Source: an uncultured Gemmatimonadota bacterium
GTDB lineage: Bacteria; Gemmatimonadota; Gemmatimonadetes; Palauibacterales; Palauibacteraceae
Reading direction: 5' to 3'
DNA: 64,000 bases
NCBI GenBank assembly: GCA_964499635.1
Contig: CAZCLY010000005.1
Span: forward strand, 14,106-78,105
In this document: positions 55,232-64,000 of the stretch, in pieces
Layout: every line of letters starts with the position of its first letter
Position numbering within the stretch: position 1 is the first letter of the stretch
Notes under the pieces: model-generated
Database searches by the model: none
What the model was told of the DNA's origin: nothing
What the model saw: only the letters and a program-made list of their open reading frames with translations
Made by a program: the position numbers and the translations under genes

Positions 55232-56155
55232 TCAGCCGGGGGGTGGGCGGGGCTCCACCGCCCGCTCGTCCAGCTCCCGCACCCAGATGTTCCGGTAGCT
55301 CACCGGGTTCCCGTGGTCCTGGAGGCGGAGGGGCAACCGGTCCGCGTGCGCCTCGTACGCCGGCGTACCGATGTAGAGCGTGGGCCCGGCGAGCTCGGCG
55401 TGGTCCTGGATCAGCACGCCGTTGTGCAGCACGGTCATGAAGGCCGGCCGCCTGAGCCCCCCGTCGGTGTCGAAGCGGGGCGCCTCGAACACGATGTCGT
55501 ACGTCTGCCACTCGCCGGGCGGGCGGGTGGCGTTCACGAGCGGGATGTGCTGCTTGTAGATCGAGCCGGCCTGGCCGTTCGAGTAGGTGCGGTTTCCGTA
55601 CGAGTCGAGCACCTGGAGCTCGTACAGGCCCATGAGGTATATGCCGCTGTTGCCGCGCTCCTGCCCCTCGCCCGATGCCGGGGTGGGCGCGCGCCACTCG
55701 ATGTGGAGCTGCACGTCCCCGAACCCCCGCCGCGTCTGGATGTCGCCGGTGCCGGCCGCCACCGTCAGGACGCCGTTCGCCACGGTCCAGCGAGCCGGCC
55801 CGCTGTCGACCGACCCCCATTCGGCGAGGCCCGTACCGTCGAACAGGACGATCGCATCGGACGGCGGCGCCGTTCCACGACCGGGGGTCACCACGGGAGG
55901 CGCGGGCTCCCAGACCTCCGTGTCCTCGGGGCGCCCCGCCGGCTGATCGGCGACCGACGGCGCCCCTCCGGGCGTGGCGGCGGGGGCGGGCGGCCGGGCC
56001 GCGGAAGACTCCCCCGCCTCCGGGGCGGCGTCGCGCTCGGCCTCCGCGGACGCGCCAGTGTCCGGCGACGGCTCTCGCTCCGGCGAACTCTCGCACCCCG
56101 CGCACAGGAGGACGGCGAAAGCGAGGGGGACGACGCAACGTGTGGCGACGGTCAT
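55232..56155 (-). CDS. DUF1080 (LamG/concanavalin-like jelly-roll; 3-keto-disaccharide hydrolase/hydratase family) lipoprotein
   Basis: It has a lipobox (LLCAGC), a low-complexity Ala/Pro/Glu linker, and then the DUF1080 core (GDVQLHIEWRAP...NSGIYLMGLYELQVLDSYGN...YRNIWVREL). Confidence 0.7.
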   Translation of the reverse strand: MTVATRCVVPLAFAVLLCAGCESSPEREPSPDTGASAEAERDAAPEAGESSAARPPAPAATPGGAPSVADQPAGRPEDTEVWEPAPPVVTPGRGTAPPSDAIVLFDGTGLAEWGSVDSGPARWTVANGVLTVAAGTGDIQTRRGFGDVQLHIEWRAPTPASGEGQERGNSGIYLMGLYELQVLDSYGNRTYSNGQAGSIYKQHIPLVNATRPPGEWQTYDIVFEAPRFDTDGGLRRPAFMTVLHNGVLIQDHAELAGPTLYIGTPAYEAHADRLPLRLQDHGNPVSYRNIWVRELDERAVEPRPPPG

Positions 56156-56223
56156 TGTGGGCTCCCGGATCTACGGTCCCTCAGCTTAGGGCATCGATGG
56201 GGGGAGGGACCAGACAGAGATCC

Positions 56224-58605
56224 CTAGCGCCCTCGCGTGGAGATCCGCTCCGCCTCCACGGTGAGGTCGTGCGCATCCCCATCGGGGCCCTCGGGCATGA
56301 GCGTGATGCGGTCCCCCACCTCCCACGACCCTGTCGGAATGTCGACGTAATGGATCCCCAGCCCCGAATCGTGTGTCGCGGCTTCGGACCAGAGTCCGCG
56401 TTCGGTCGACCAGCGGACGGTGCCGGGCACTCCAAGCTCGACACGCAGCGCGCAGCCGTGGCGAATCGATCGCAGCTTGTGGTTCGGCTTCCAGCACAGT
56501 CTGCGCACCGGGTCGGGGGACCAACGGCGCATGGCCGCGGGGAAGTCGAACACCGCACCGTCCTCGATCGAGCGCAGGAGCTTGATGTATTCGGCGTGCG
56601 CCCACGCGAGCGGCATGGCCGACCCGGCGGGCCGCCCGAGGAAGAGCTCCCGCTCGGGGATGTCCGGCGCATCCCAGGTCTGCTCGGGGAGGAGCCCGCC
56701 GTTCCCCGCCATGGCGCGCATGGTGGCCGCGAGCCTCCTGGCCTCGTCGAGCCGACCCGCCGCCACGGCGTAGTGCGCCCGCTCTCCCGTGAGCAGGGGC
56801 CACACGCGACCGATCCCCGTGCCGTCGAACGGAGATCCATCTTCGTGCTCCCCGTACCCATCCCCGCTGTACCGATACCAGCCGGGACCGCAGGGAAGGT
56901 CCACGCGCAATCGGGCGTCGATGACCCGGAGGGTGTTCGTGATGCGTGGGTCGTCGAAGGAGCGCACACCGAACCGCACCAGCGCGAGGGCGTCGGGGCT
57001 CACCACATCGCGAGCCGGCCGCGTGCCCTCCCCGGGAGGGCGATTCTTGATCGGAATCCAGCCATCGAGCGCGGAGGCGTGCTCGCACTCGTCGGAGGGC
57101 GCGATCCGCACGTAGTACCCTTCCACGCCCACGTCGCGGGCGAGCTCGGTGTCGCTCACGTAGCACCAGCGCTCGATCTGCGAATCCCAGCAGCTTGCGG
57201 TCTCCCTCAGATACCGTGCCGACTCCGGCTCGCCCGCCCGCTCCGCATGCTCGGCCGCGGTGACGAGCGCGGCGATCTCGGCCGCGAGCGTGAACGGCGA
57301 ATAGCCTCCCTCCTCCTCCCACCGGTCCTGGCCCGTCACGGGGCCGCTCCGCAGGAGAAACGCCGCGGCCCGCCGGATCATCTCCCAGCCGTACCCGCCC
57401 GCGTCGTCGGCCATCGTACCGCGACGTCCGGCGAGATCGAGCAGGAGGATGGGGAGCGCGGTCTCGTCCATCTGGATCCCCGACCAGTGTGGCGTTCCGT
57501 CGAGCCACATGTTCTGGGCCCAGTGCCCGTCGGCCTCCTGGGTCGAGATCAGGAAGTCGACCGCACGACGCGCGGCCTCGTGGTCCTCGAGGGCGAGCAG
57601 GCCGCCTGCAGCCTCGCAGTGGTCGCGTGGCCACACGAGGTGGTATCCGCCCAGGTCATCGTCGCCCTTCGCGAACCCCCACGGAACCGAGAGCGACGCC
57701 ACCAGGCCACCGGGGAAGGAGCGTGCCTCGTGCGTGGCCAGCACGATCGCGCTCGCGGCCGCGACCGGATCCGCTTCGCCCGGAACGCGGATCCCTTCGC
57801 GCCATTCCGCCCACTCCGCGGCGAACCGGTCCCAGCAGCGATCGAACCCTTCGACCAGAGAGGCGACCGCTCGCTGACCGGCTTCGGCGGGGGTGCCGCC
57901 GAAGCCGACCGCCACCGTGAAGCGCCCGCCACACGCGGCCAGATCCGGCGAGACGCCGATGGCCACGTTGCCGTCCTCGGCCCGCTCCCACGCCCAGGTC
58001 ATGTGGCCGTTCCGATCCAGATCCTGCCACGCATCGGAGAAGCCCACGTATCCGACCGACATGCGTGCCACGGGTGCGGAGATGGCCACTGCCAGCGCCG
58101 CTTCCCGTGCCGCCGCGAAAACGACCGACCTCCCCTTGTAGTCCCCGACCCACGCGGTGTTGTCGCCGCCCCGATTGGCCAGGTGCGGAGCGAGCAGGAG
58201 GACCATCTCGAAATCCGCCGGGGCGCCGGACGCGGGCAGCAATGCGACCTCCTCGAGGAGCGTGGGACGGAGAGGATCCGCCACGACGCGCTTGCGGATC
58301 TCGAACGCGCCCTCCGGATCGACGACCCGGACATCGAAGGCCGGGGTGCACGGAGCAGCCGTCGCCACCTGGTTCCGGCCGTGTCGCTTCTCCTCGAAGA
58401 AGCGCCCGTCGGGCGTCACCACGAGCCATTCGAGGTCGCGGGTGCAGGCGTGGTCGATGCGTGGATAGTAGACTTCGTTCAGGATGCCGTGACTCAACGT
58501 GTACCACAGGGGGCTGGCCGCCGTGCGCGCGCTCCCCACGCCTTCCTTGGCGCTGGACGTCCACGTGGGATCGATCCCCGGCTTCCCGGGTGCTACGGTC
58601 GTCAT
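56224..58605 (-). CDS. Glycoside hydrolase family 15 enzyme (bacterial glucoamylase/glucodextranase/GH15-trehalase type) with N-terminal beta-sandwich domain
   Basis: The start is at MTTVAPGKPGIDPTW. It has the Glucodextranase_N-like region (TLSHGILNEVYYPRIDHACTRDLEWLV) and a GH15 (alpha/alpha)6 catalytic region (WPRDHCEAAGGLLALEDHEAARRAVDFLISTQEADGHW, WEEEGGYSPFTLAAE). Confidence 0.75.
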   Translation of the reverse strand: MTTVAPGKPGIDPTWTSSAKEGVGSARTAASPLWYTLSHGILNEVYYPRIDHACTRDLEWLVVTPDGRFFEEKRHGRNQVATAAPCTPAFDVRVVDPEGAFEIRKRVVADPLRPTLLEEVALLPASGAPADFEMVLLLAPHLANRGGDNTAWVGDYKGRSVVFAAAREAALAVAISAPVARMSVGYVGFSDAWQDLDRNGHMTWAWERAEDGNVAIGVSPDLAACGGRFTVAVGFGGTPAEAGQRAVASLVEGFDRCWDRFAAEWAEWREGIRVPGEADPVAAASAIVLATHEARSFPGGLVASLSVPWGFAKGDDDLGGYHLVWPRDHCEAAGGLLALEDHEAARRAVDFLISTQEADGHWAQNMWLDGTPHWSGIQMDETALPILLLDLAGRRGTMADDAGGYGWEMIRRAAAFLLRSGPVTGQDRWEEEGGYSPFTLAAEIAALVTAAEHAERAGEPESARYLRETASCWDSQIERWCYVSDTELARDVGVEGYYVRIAPSDECEHASALDGWIPIKNRPPGEGTRPARDVVSPDALALVRFGVRSFDDPRITNTLRVIDARLRVDLPCGPGWYRYSGDGYGEHEDGSPFDGTGIGRVWPLLTGERAHYAVAAGRLDEARRLAATMRAMAGNGGLLPEQTWDAPDIPERELFLGRPAGSAMPLAWAHAEYIKLLRSIEDGAVFDFPAAMRRWSPDPVRRLCWKPNHKLRSIRHGCALRVELGVPGTVRWSTERGLWSEAATHDSGLGIHYVDIPTGSWEVGDRITLMPEGPDGDAHDLTVEAERISTRGR

Positions 58606-58853
58606 GCCACGCAGGGACCGCCGCGAATGGCGGGGCCGTCGAGCCCAGCGAGATCGAGTCCGGTGCGCGTGAAGGTCATCGGGCCCACGACGACAGGGCG
58701 ACCATCGCGATCGCGGAAGATCCACACTCGCCCCAGGGGCGTGGTGTTCGGAGCCTGTCGCCCGCCGTGCACCCGTGACCCGCCGGCGGGTATCATCGCG
58801 CGACCGGCTGCCGCCTGATGGGCCGGGACGACACGATACGGAGGAACAAGGCA

Positions 58854-59687
58854 ATGCTCAGGATTCTGCTGTTCATGGCCACGAACATCGCGGTGCTCGT
58901 GATGGCCGCCGTCGCCATGGCGGTCCTCACGGCGCTCGGCCTCATCCCGGCCGACGCTCCCTACATCCAGCTCCTCATCTGGTGCGCGCTGTTCGGGTTC
59001 GGCGGGTCGATCTTCTCGCTCGCGATCTCGAAGTGGATGGCGAAGCGGGCCACCGGGGCCCGCGTGATCGACACGCCGACCACCGACGTCGAGCGCTGGC
59101 TGCTCGACACGGTCCGCCAGCAGGCGGAGAAGGCGGGGGTGGGGATGCCGGAGGTGGCGATCTTCCCGTCCCCGGACCCCAACGCGTTCGCGACCGGGAT
59201 GTTCCGCGATCGGGCGCTCGTGGCGGTGAGCGCGGGCCTCCTCCAGTCGATGGGGCGGGAGGAGGTGGAAGCCGTGCTCGGTCACGAGATGACGCACGTG
59301 GCGAACGGGGACATGGTGACGCTCACGCTCATCCAGGGCGTGCTGAACACCTTCGTGCTGTTCGTATCCCGGATCATCGCGAGCCAGTTCGACCGCGGGC
59401 GCTTCCTCGTGTTCATCGCGCTCCAGATGGCGTTCGGGTTCCTGGCCAGCATGGTCGTGGCCCGCTTCTCCCGCTGGCGCGAGTTCCGGGCCGATGCGGG
59501 CGGCGCACGGCTCGAGGGCGCGCTCTCGATGGTCGCCGCGCTCGAGCGGCTGCGCGCGTTCCGGGATCACCCGTCCCGGCTCCCCGAGAACCTGGCCGCG
59601 TTCGGGATCCGCGGCGAAGGGATGATGCGGCTGCTGGCCACGCACCCGCCGCTCGAGGAGCGGATCGCCCGGCTCCAGGGCCGCTGA
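58854..59687 (+). CDS. htpX: Protease HtpX (M48 family membrane zinc metalloprotease)
   Basis: It has an RBS GGAGGA, two N-terminal TMs, HEMTHV zinc-binding HExxH, and typical HtpX C-terminal TMs. Confidence 0.85.
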   Translation: MLRILLFMATNIAVLVMAAVAMAVLTALGLIPADAPYIQLLIWCALFGFGGSIFSLAISKWMAKRATGARVIDTPTTDVERWLLDTVRQQAEKAGVGMPEVAIFPSPDPNAFATGMFRDRALVAVSAGLLQSMGREEVEAVLGHEMTHVANGDMVTLTLIQGVLNTFVLFVSRIIASQFDRGRFLVFIALQMAFGFLASMVVARFSRWREFRADAGGARLEGALSMVAALERLRAFRDHPSRLPENLAAFGIRGEGMMRLLATHPPLEERIARLQGR

Positions 59688-59745
59688 GCGAGGTGTGGCA
59701 CGGTCTCCCTCGGGCCGTCGCACGCGAGCTCTTCGAGGCGGGGGC

Positions 59746-60489
59746 CTACGGCTCCTGGTCGATGGCGTAGCGGATCGTCAGGGACGCGCCGACGACGATC
59801 TGCCCCGTGGCGATCGGCGTTGAGACGTCCTGGGCGAACGAGGCCTCGGCACGGGCCAGCATCGCGATCGGAGGCGCGCTCACGCCCTGCTCCATCGTCT
59901 CCAGGATCCGACCCAGACCGACGCCGAGCGCCGCGGCGATGGCGGTGGCCTTGGCGCGCGCATCGTCGACGGCCGCGGTCAGGGCCCGCGCCCGCGCGTC
60001 GGCGGCGTCGTGAAGATCGAAGTCCACCCCTTCGACGCGGTTCGCGCCGCTCGCGATGGCGGCATCCACCACGGACCCGATGCGGGTCAGGTCGCTCAGC
60101 TCGATGGTCACCGTGTTCGTCGCCCGGTAGCCCGTGATCGTCGGCTCGCTCCCGGGACGCTCCGGCCGGTTCTCGTACACCGGATACAGGGCCAGCCGGG
60201 ACGTCTGGATGTCACGCTCCTCGATCCCGAGCTCGCCCATCGCGGCGAGGATGTCGTGCGCGATCTGATTCGCCGCGCGCTGGGCGTCCCGCGCCGCGGG
60301 GGCCTCGCTCTCGACCCCGAGCCGCACCCGGGCGCGGTCGGGGTCGACCCGGACCGTGCCCTCTCCGTGGACGGTGATCGCCGGGGTCGCGTCGGCGCCC
60401 TGTGCCAGGGCGCCCGCCGGCAGCGCCATCAGCACGCCCGTCAGCAGGAGCGCTGGGCGGCCGGCGACCCGCGGGTCGGTGTACGTCAT
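59746..60489 (-). CDS. SIMPL-domain (DUF541, periplasmic immunogenic protein/oxidative-stress defence-like) protein
   Basis: The start at MTYTDPRVAG is preceded by GGAGG. It has a signal peptide and the SIMPL core (ITVHGEGTVRVDPDRARVRLGVES...YRATNTVTIEL). Confidence 0.7.
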   Translation of the reverse strand: MTYTDPRVAGRPALLLTGVLMALPAGALAQGADATPAITVHGEGTVRVDPDRARVRLGVESEAPAARDAQRAANQIAHDILAAMGELGIEERDIQTSRLALYPVYENRPERPGSEPTITGYRATNTVTIELSDLTRIGSVVDAAIASGANRVEGVDFDLHDAADARARALTAAVDDARAKATAIAAALGVGLGRILETMEQGVSAPPIAMLARAEASFAQDVSTPIATGQIVVGASLTIRYAIDQEP

Positions 60490-60856
60490 GCTGTCGCCTC
60501 CTCTCGGGATGGTCCCTCCACCACGATGGGACTCGACATGCCCCGCCGCGAGGTCTCGAAGGAGCCGGGTGGACATGGGCCACGAATCGTGGCTCGGGGC
60601 GCAGCCGCTCCAGCGTCTGAGCCGGGCACGCGGCGCGACGGCGCGCATCGCTTCGGCTCGACGGGGGACCGGAGATGGCGTACATCGACGTCGTACGTTT
60701 CGCTCCCGAGCCGGCGAGGGGGACGATCCGGGTCGACCGCCTGTGCCGGGGGCCCGCGCGACCGGTGTCGCTCGTTCGGCTCGAGCGGCGGGCGGACGGG
60801 AGCCTCGCCTCCCGGACCCCGAGGTCGCGTACTCCCCGTCGAGAGTGGAGGTTGTC

Positions 60857-62017
60857 GTGTCGTCACACGGGATCATGGGGAACGGCTTTCGGCTCGGCTC
60901 GTTCCTCGGCTTCGAGGTCCGGGTCGACTACTCGTGGTTCGTCATCTTCTTCCTGATCCTGTGGTCGCTCACCGCCGGCTTCTTCCCTCAGGCGCTGCCC
61001 GATCAGCCGTCCGTCGTCTATCTCGCGATGGGGGTGGCCGGCGCTCTCCTGTTCTTCGCGTCGATCCTGGCGCACGAGCTGTCGCACTCGGTGGTCGCGC
61101 GGTCCAAGGGGATCCCGGTCGAGGGGATCACCCTGTTCCTGTTCGGCGGAATCGCGCACACGCGCCTCGAAGCCGAGGACCCGTCCGACGAGATCCAGAT
61201 CGCCGGTATCGGGCCCTTGCTGAGCCTCGTGCTCGGCGGTGCGTTCGTCGGGCTCGGGTGGATCGGGCAGCGAGCCGGCTGGCCCCCGCCGGTCAACCAT
61301 GTCGCCGCCTACCTCGGCTACATCAACGTCCTCCTCGCGGTGTTCAACCTGCTGCCCGGATTCCCGCTCGATGGCGGCCGTCTGTTCCGGGCCATCGTGT
61401 GGAAGGCGACCGGGGACCTCACGAAGGCGACCCGCTGGGCCACCGCCGGGGGCAAGGCGCTGGGCTACGGCCTCATGGCGCTCGGCTTCCTCGAGGCGTT
61501 CACGGGCGCCGTGCTGGGCGGTCTGTGGCTCGTGTTCATCGGCTGGTTCCTGCGCGGCGCGGCCGAGGTGTCCTTGAGGCAACACATGGTGGCGCGAGTG
61601 CTGCAGGGAGTCCGGGCGGCCGATGTCATGTCGGAGCGCCCCGAAACCGTGCCTCCGGGGATCACGCTCCAAGAGCTCGTCGACGACCACCTGCTCAGAC
61701 GCCGGTATCAATCGTTCCCCGTCGTGGACCGCGAGCGGCTCGTGGGCCTGGTGACGCTGGACCAGGTGAAGGAGCGGCCACGCGATCGCTGGGCCTCGAC
61801 CCACGTCGAGGAGGTGATGGCGAAGGCCGATTCGACGCTCGTCGTGTCCGCCGATGAGCCGATGGCCGATGTCCTGTCGCGCATGCAGGAGTCCGGGACC
61901 CGACGCGTGCTCGTCACGCGGGGGGGGCATCTGGTGGGGATCGTGTCCGGCAGCGACATCGCCCGCTGGGTGCAGCGGGCGCGTGATCTCGGGCTGGGCC
62001 CGGAGACGAGGGGCTGA
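60857..62017 (+). CDS. Site-2 protease-family (M50) membrane metalloprotease with C-terminal CBS-domain pair
   Basis: A GTG at 60857 lies 6 nt after GGAGG (alternative ATG at 60875). It has HELSH zinc motif in a TM, the LLPGFPLDGGR motif, and two CBS domains (RYQSFPVVDRERLVGLVT...; RRVLVTRGGHLVGIVS). Confidence 0.75.
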   Translation: MSSHGIMGNGFRLGSFLGFEVRVDYSWFVIFFLILWSLTAGFFPQALPDQPSVVYLAMGVAGALLFFASILAHELSHSVVARSKGIPVEGITLFLFGGIAHTRLEAEDPSDEIQIAGIGPLLSLVLGGAFVGLGWIGQRAGWPPPVNHVAAYLGYINVLLAVFNLLPGFPLDGGRLFRAIVWKATGDLTKATRWATAGGKALGYGLMALGFLEAFTGAVLGGLWLVFIGWFLRGAAEVSLRQHMVARVLQGVRAADVMSERPETVPPGITLQELVDDHLLRRRYQSFPVVDRERLVGLVTLDQVKERPRDRWASTHVEEVMAKADSTLVVSADEPMADVLSRMQESGTRRVLVTRGGHLVGIVSGSDIARWVQRARDLGLGPETRG

Positions 62018-62038
62018 CGCTCCCGGCCGCTCCGGGCC

Positions 62039-64000
62039 TCAGGCTCCGCCCGCCGTCACCCCCGCCAATCCCTCGTCCGCCAGGCGCCGGTTGAACGCGG
62101 CCAGCTCGCCCGACACGAGCGCCCCGTACTCGGTCTCGATGGTGTCGAGCTCGCCGTGGAGCTCGTCGTGGACCGCGCGCTGCTGGGTCGTGGGCGCATA
62201 GTCGGAGCCCTCGACGCTCCCCGCGAGGCTCTGGATCTGCTGGGCCAGCATCGCCGGCCAGCGGATCCCGTCCTGCCCGCGTCCGCTCAGGTAGAGCTGG
62301 TAGAGCTTCGCCTCGACGGCCGTGAACCGGTCCTCGAGCGTGGTCGCGTCGGCGCGCAGGTCCACGGAGGCCTCGTCGTCCCCGTCGTGCACCCTGCGGA
62401 GCGACTGGAGCTGGGCGCGCACCCGCTCGGCTCCGTCGATGATCCCGACGGCCCGGTCCAGATCGGCCCGAAGCTCGCCGACCAGCGCGAAGCTCTCGCG
62501 CACATCGGCCTCCGTGCCCTTCGAGTTCGGGTCCTTGCGTACCTCGAGCGGCTGGGTGTACTCGCGCCCGTCGACCGTGAGCCGGATCGTGTACGCGCCC
62601 GGGAGCGCGAGCCGCGCGATGCGACCCAGACCGGGCGCGTTCCGGGTCCCGTCCTCGCCCACCTTCACCCACGGCGCGTGGAGCGGGCTCGTGCGCAGAC
62701 GCGTCTCCTTCGAGGGGTCGTGGCGCAGGTTCCACCACACGCGGTCGATCCCGGCGTTGCGGGGGCCCTTCAGCGAGCGGATCACGTCACCGGAAGCGTC
62801 GAGGATGGCGATGTCGATGCTGTCCCCCGCGGCCGCCACCCCGGCCGGCAGCCAGTAATCGATCGAGGCCCCGTAGGGTGGGTTCTGCCCCGCGCTCGGC
62901 TCCTGCGGGCTCCCGTAGGGGGCCATGGTCGCGCGGAAGCGGTACACCGGCGGGGTGGCGAACAGGTGCGCCCCCGCGGTCACCTCGGGCGTGAGCTGCT
63001 GGAGGCTCGCGATGTCGTCCAGGATCCAGAAGCCACGGCCGTACGTGCCGACCACGAGGTCGTCGAAGTGCTCCTGGATGGTGAGCCAGTACACGGGAGC
63101 GCGTGGCAGGTTGGACTGGAGCGGCTGCCAGCGGTCGCCCTCGTCGAACGACACGTACAGCCCGTTCTCCGTCCCGGCGTACAGCAGCCCCCGCCGGACG
63201 GGATCCTCGAGGATCGCGTGCGCGTAGCTCAGCGGGCTCTTCGGGATGCCGTTCACGATGAGCTGCCACGTCCGGCCGTAGTCGTGTGTGCGGTAGATCC
63301 ACGGGTCGCGGTTGTCGGCCTGGTGGGCGTCCACCGTGAAGTAGGCGGTTCCCGCGTCGTAGCGGGAGGCCTCGATGTTCCGGATCGAGCCCCATTCCGG
63401 CATCCCGGGGACGTTGGCCGTCAGGTCGGTCCATGTCCCCCCGCCGTCGCGCGTCACGTGGATGAGCCCGTCGTTCGTTCCCGCCCAGATGAGCCCGGGG
63501 GTGATCGGCGACTCCTCGATCGCGAACACGACGCCGGCGTACTCGACGCCGATGTTGTCGGGCGTGAGCCCGCCGGAGCGGCCCATGCGGGAGGAGTCGG
63601 CGCGGGTGAGGTCGGGGCTGATGACCTCCCAGCTGTTCCCACCGTCGGTGGTCACGTGCACGAACTGCGACCCGGTGTACACCCGGTCGTGGTCGTGGGG
63701 CGAGATCGTGAGCGGCGGATCCCACACGAAGCGGTACTTCACGTCGCGCGCCGGCCAGCCGATCGTGCTCCGCGGCCACACCTCCACGTCGTGGATCTGT
63801 CGCGACTCGAGATCCACGCGCGTGACGATGCCGCCCACCGCGCCCGACCCCGAGGCGCTCGACCAGATGATGTCCGGGTCCTCGGGGTCCGGGGTGGCGA
63901 AGCCGCTCTCACCACCGCCCACGTCGACCCAGTCGCCGCGCGGGATGTTGCCCGCCGAGCCGAGGAAGCCACCGTAGAAGGTACGGCTCGGCCCGCGCAC
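62039..64000 (-). CDS. BNR/Asp-box repeat (sortilin/VPS10- or GH74-like) beta-propeller protein, 5' end outside the window
   Basis: Multiple Asp-boxes (TTDGGNSW, TRDGGGTW, THDYGRTW, SFDEGDRW) occur in a >650 aa partial ORF ending at 62039. Confidence 0.65.
   Translation of the reverse strand: MRGPSRTFYGGFLGSAGNIPRGDWVDVGGGESGFATPDPEDPDIIWSSASGSGAVGGIVTRVDLESRQIHDVEVWPRSTIGWPARDVKYRFVWDPPLTISPHDHDRVYTGSQFVHVTTDGGNSWEVISPDLTRADSSRMGRSGGLTPDNIGVEYAGVVFAIEESPITPGLIWAGTNDGLIHVTRDGGGTWTDLTANVPGMPEWGSIRNIEASRYDAGTAYFTVDAHQADNRDPWIYRTHDYGRTWQLIVNGIPKSPLSYAHAILEDPVRRGLLYAGTENGLYVSFDEGDRWQPLQSNLPRAPVYWLTIQEHFDDLVVGTYGRGFWILDDIASLQQLTPEVTAGAHLFATPPVYRFRATMAPYGSPQEPSAGQNPPYGASIDYWLPAGVAAAGDSIDIAILDASGDVIRSLKGPRNAGIDRVWWNLRHDPSKETRLRTSPLHAPWVKVGEDGTRNAPGLGRIARLALPGAYTIRLTVDGREYTQPLEVRKDPNSKGTEADVRESFALVGELRADLDRAVGIIDGAERVRAQLQSLRRVHDGDDEASVDLRADATTLEDRFTAVEAKLYQLYLSGRGQDGIRWPAMLAQQIQSLAGSVEGSDYAPTTQQRAVHDELHGELDTIETEYGALVSGELAAFNRRLADEGLAGVTAGGA

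Noticed and set aside
1-64000. CRISPR arrays, rRNA/tRNA genes, prophage or defence systems
   Set aside because: No short regularly spaced direct repeats, no tRNA cloverleaf-like or rRNA-like segments, and no recognisable phage or defence protein families were found on reading either strand.

Overview
This is a ~70% GC chromosomal segment with near-contiguous coding and SusC/SusD-type outer-membrane proteins, consistent with a Gemmatimonadota-like (non-Bacteroidota) genome. Almost the whole window is one large carbohydrate-utilisation region for alpha-glucans, trehalose and glucosides. Hydrolases: GH97, two GH13, GH15, GH37 trehalase, two GH3, and a six-hairpin-like glycosidase lipoprotein. 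Import: a SusC/SusD pair, two sodium:solute symporters and an MFS sugar transporter. Other content: a ROK sugar kinase, two giant CRTAC1/ASPIC-UnbV family proteins, and a stand-alone TonB-receptor plug-domain protein. There is also a probable periplasmic oxidative sugar module: a PQQ soluble sugar dehydrogenase, a heptaheme c-type cytochrome-TPR protein, a GMC flavoprotein with a TAT hitch-hiker small subunit, and DUF1080. A MacAB-like ABC exporter, a Ser/Thr kinase-TolB propeller fusion, a BNR-repeat protein translationally coupled to an orphan MoaD-like protein, and a membrane-protease cluster (HtpX, SIMPL, S2P-CBS) are also present. A ~1.8 kb lower-GC patch holds decayed gene fragments. No rRNA, tRNA, CRISPR or transposase was recognised. 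The many long ORFs antisense to real genes are high-GC artefacts.
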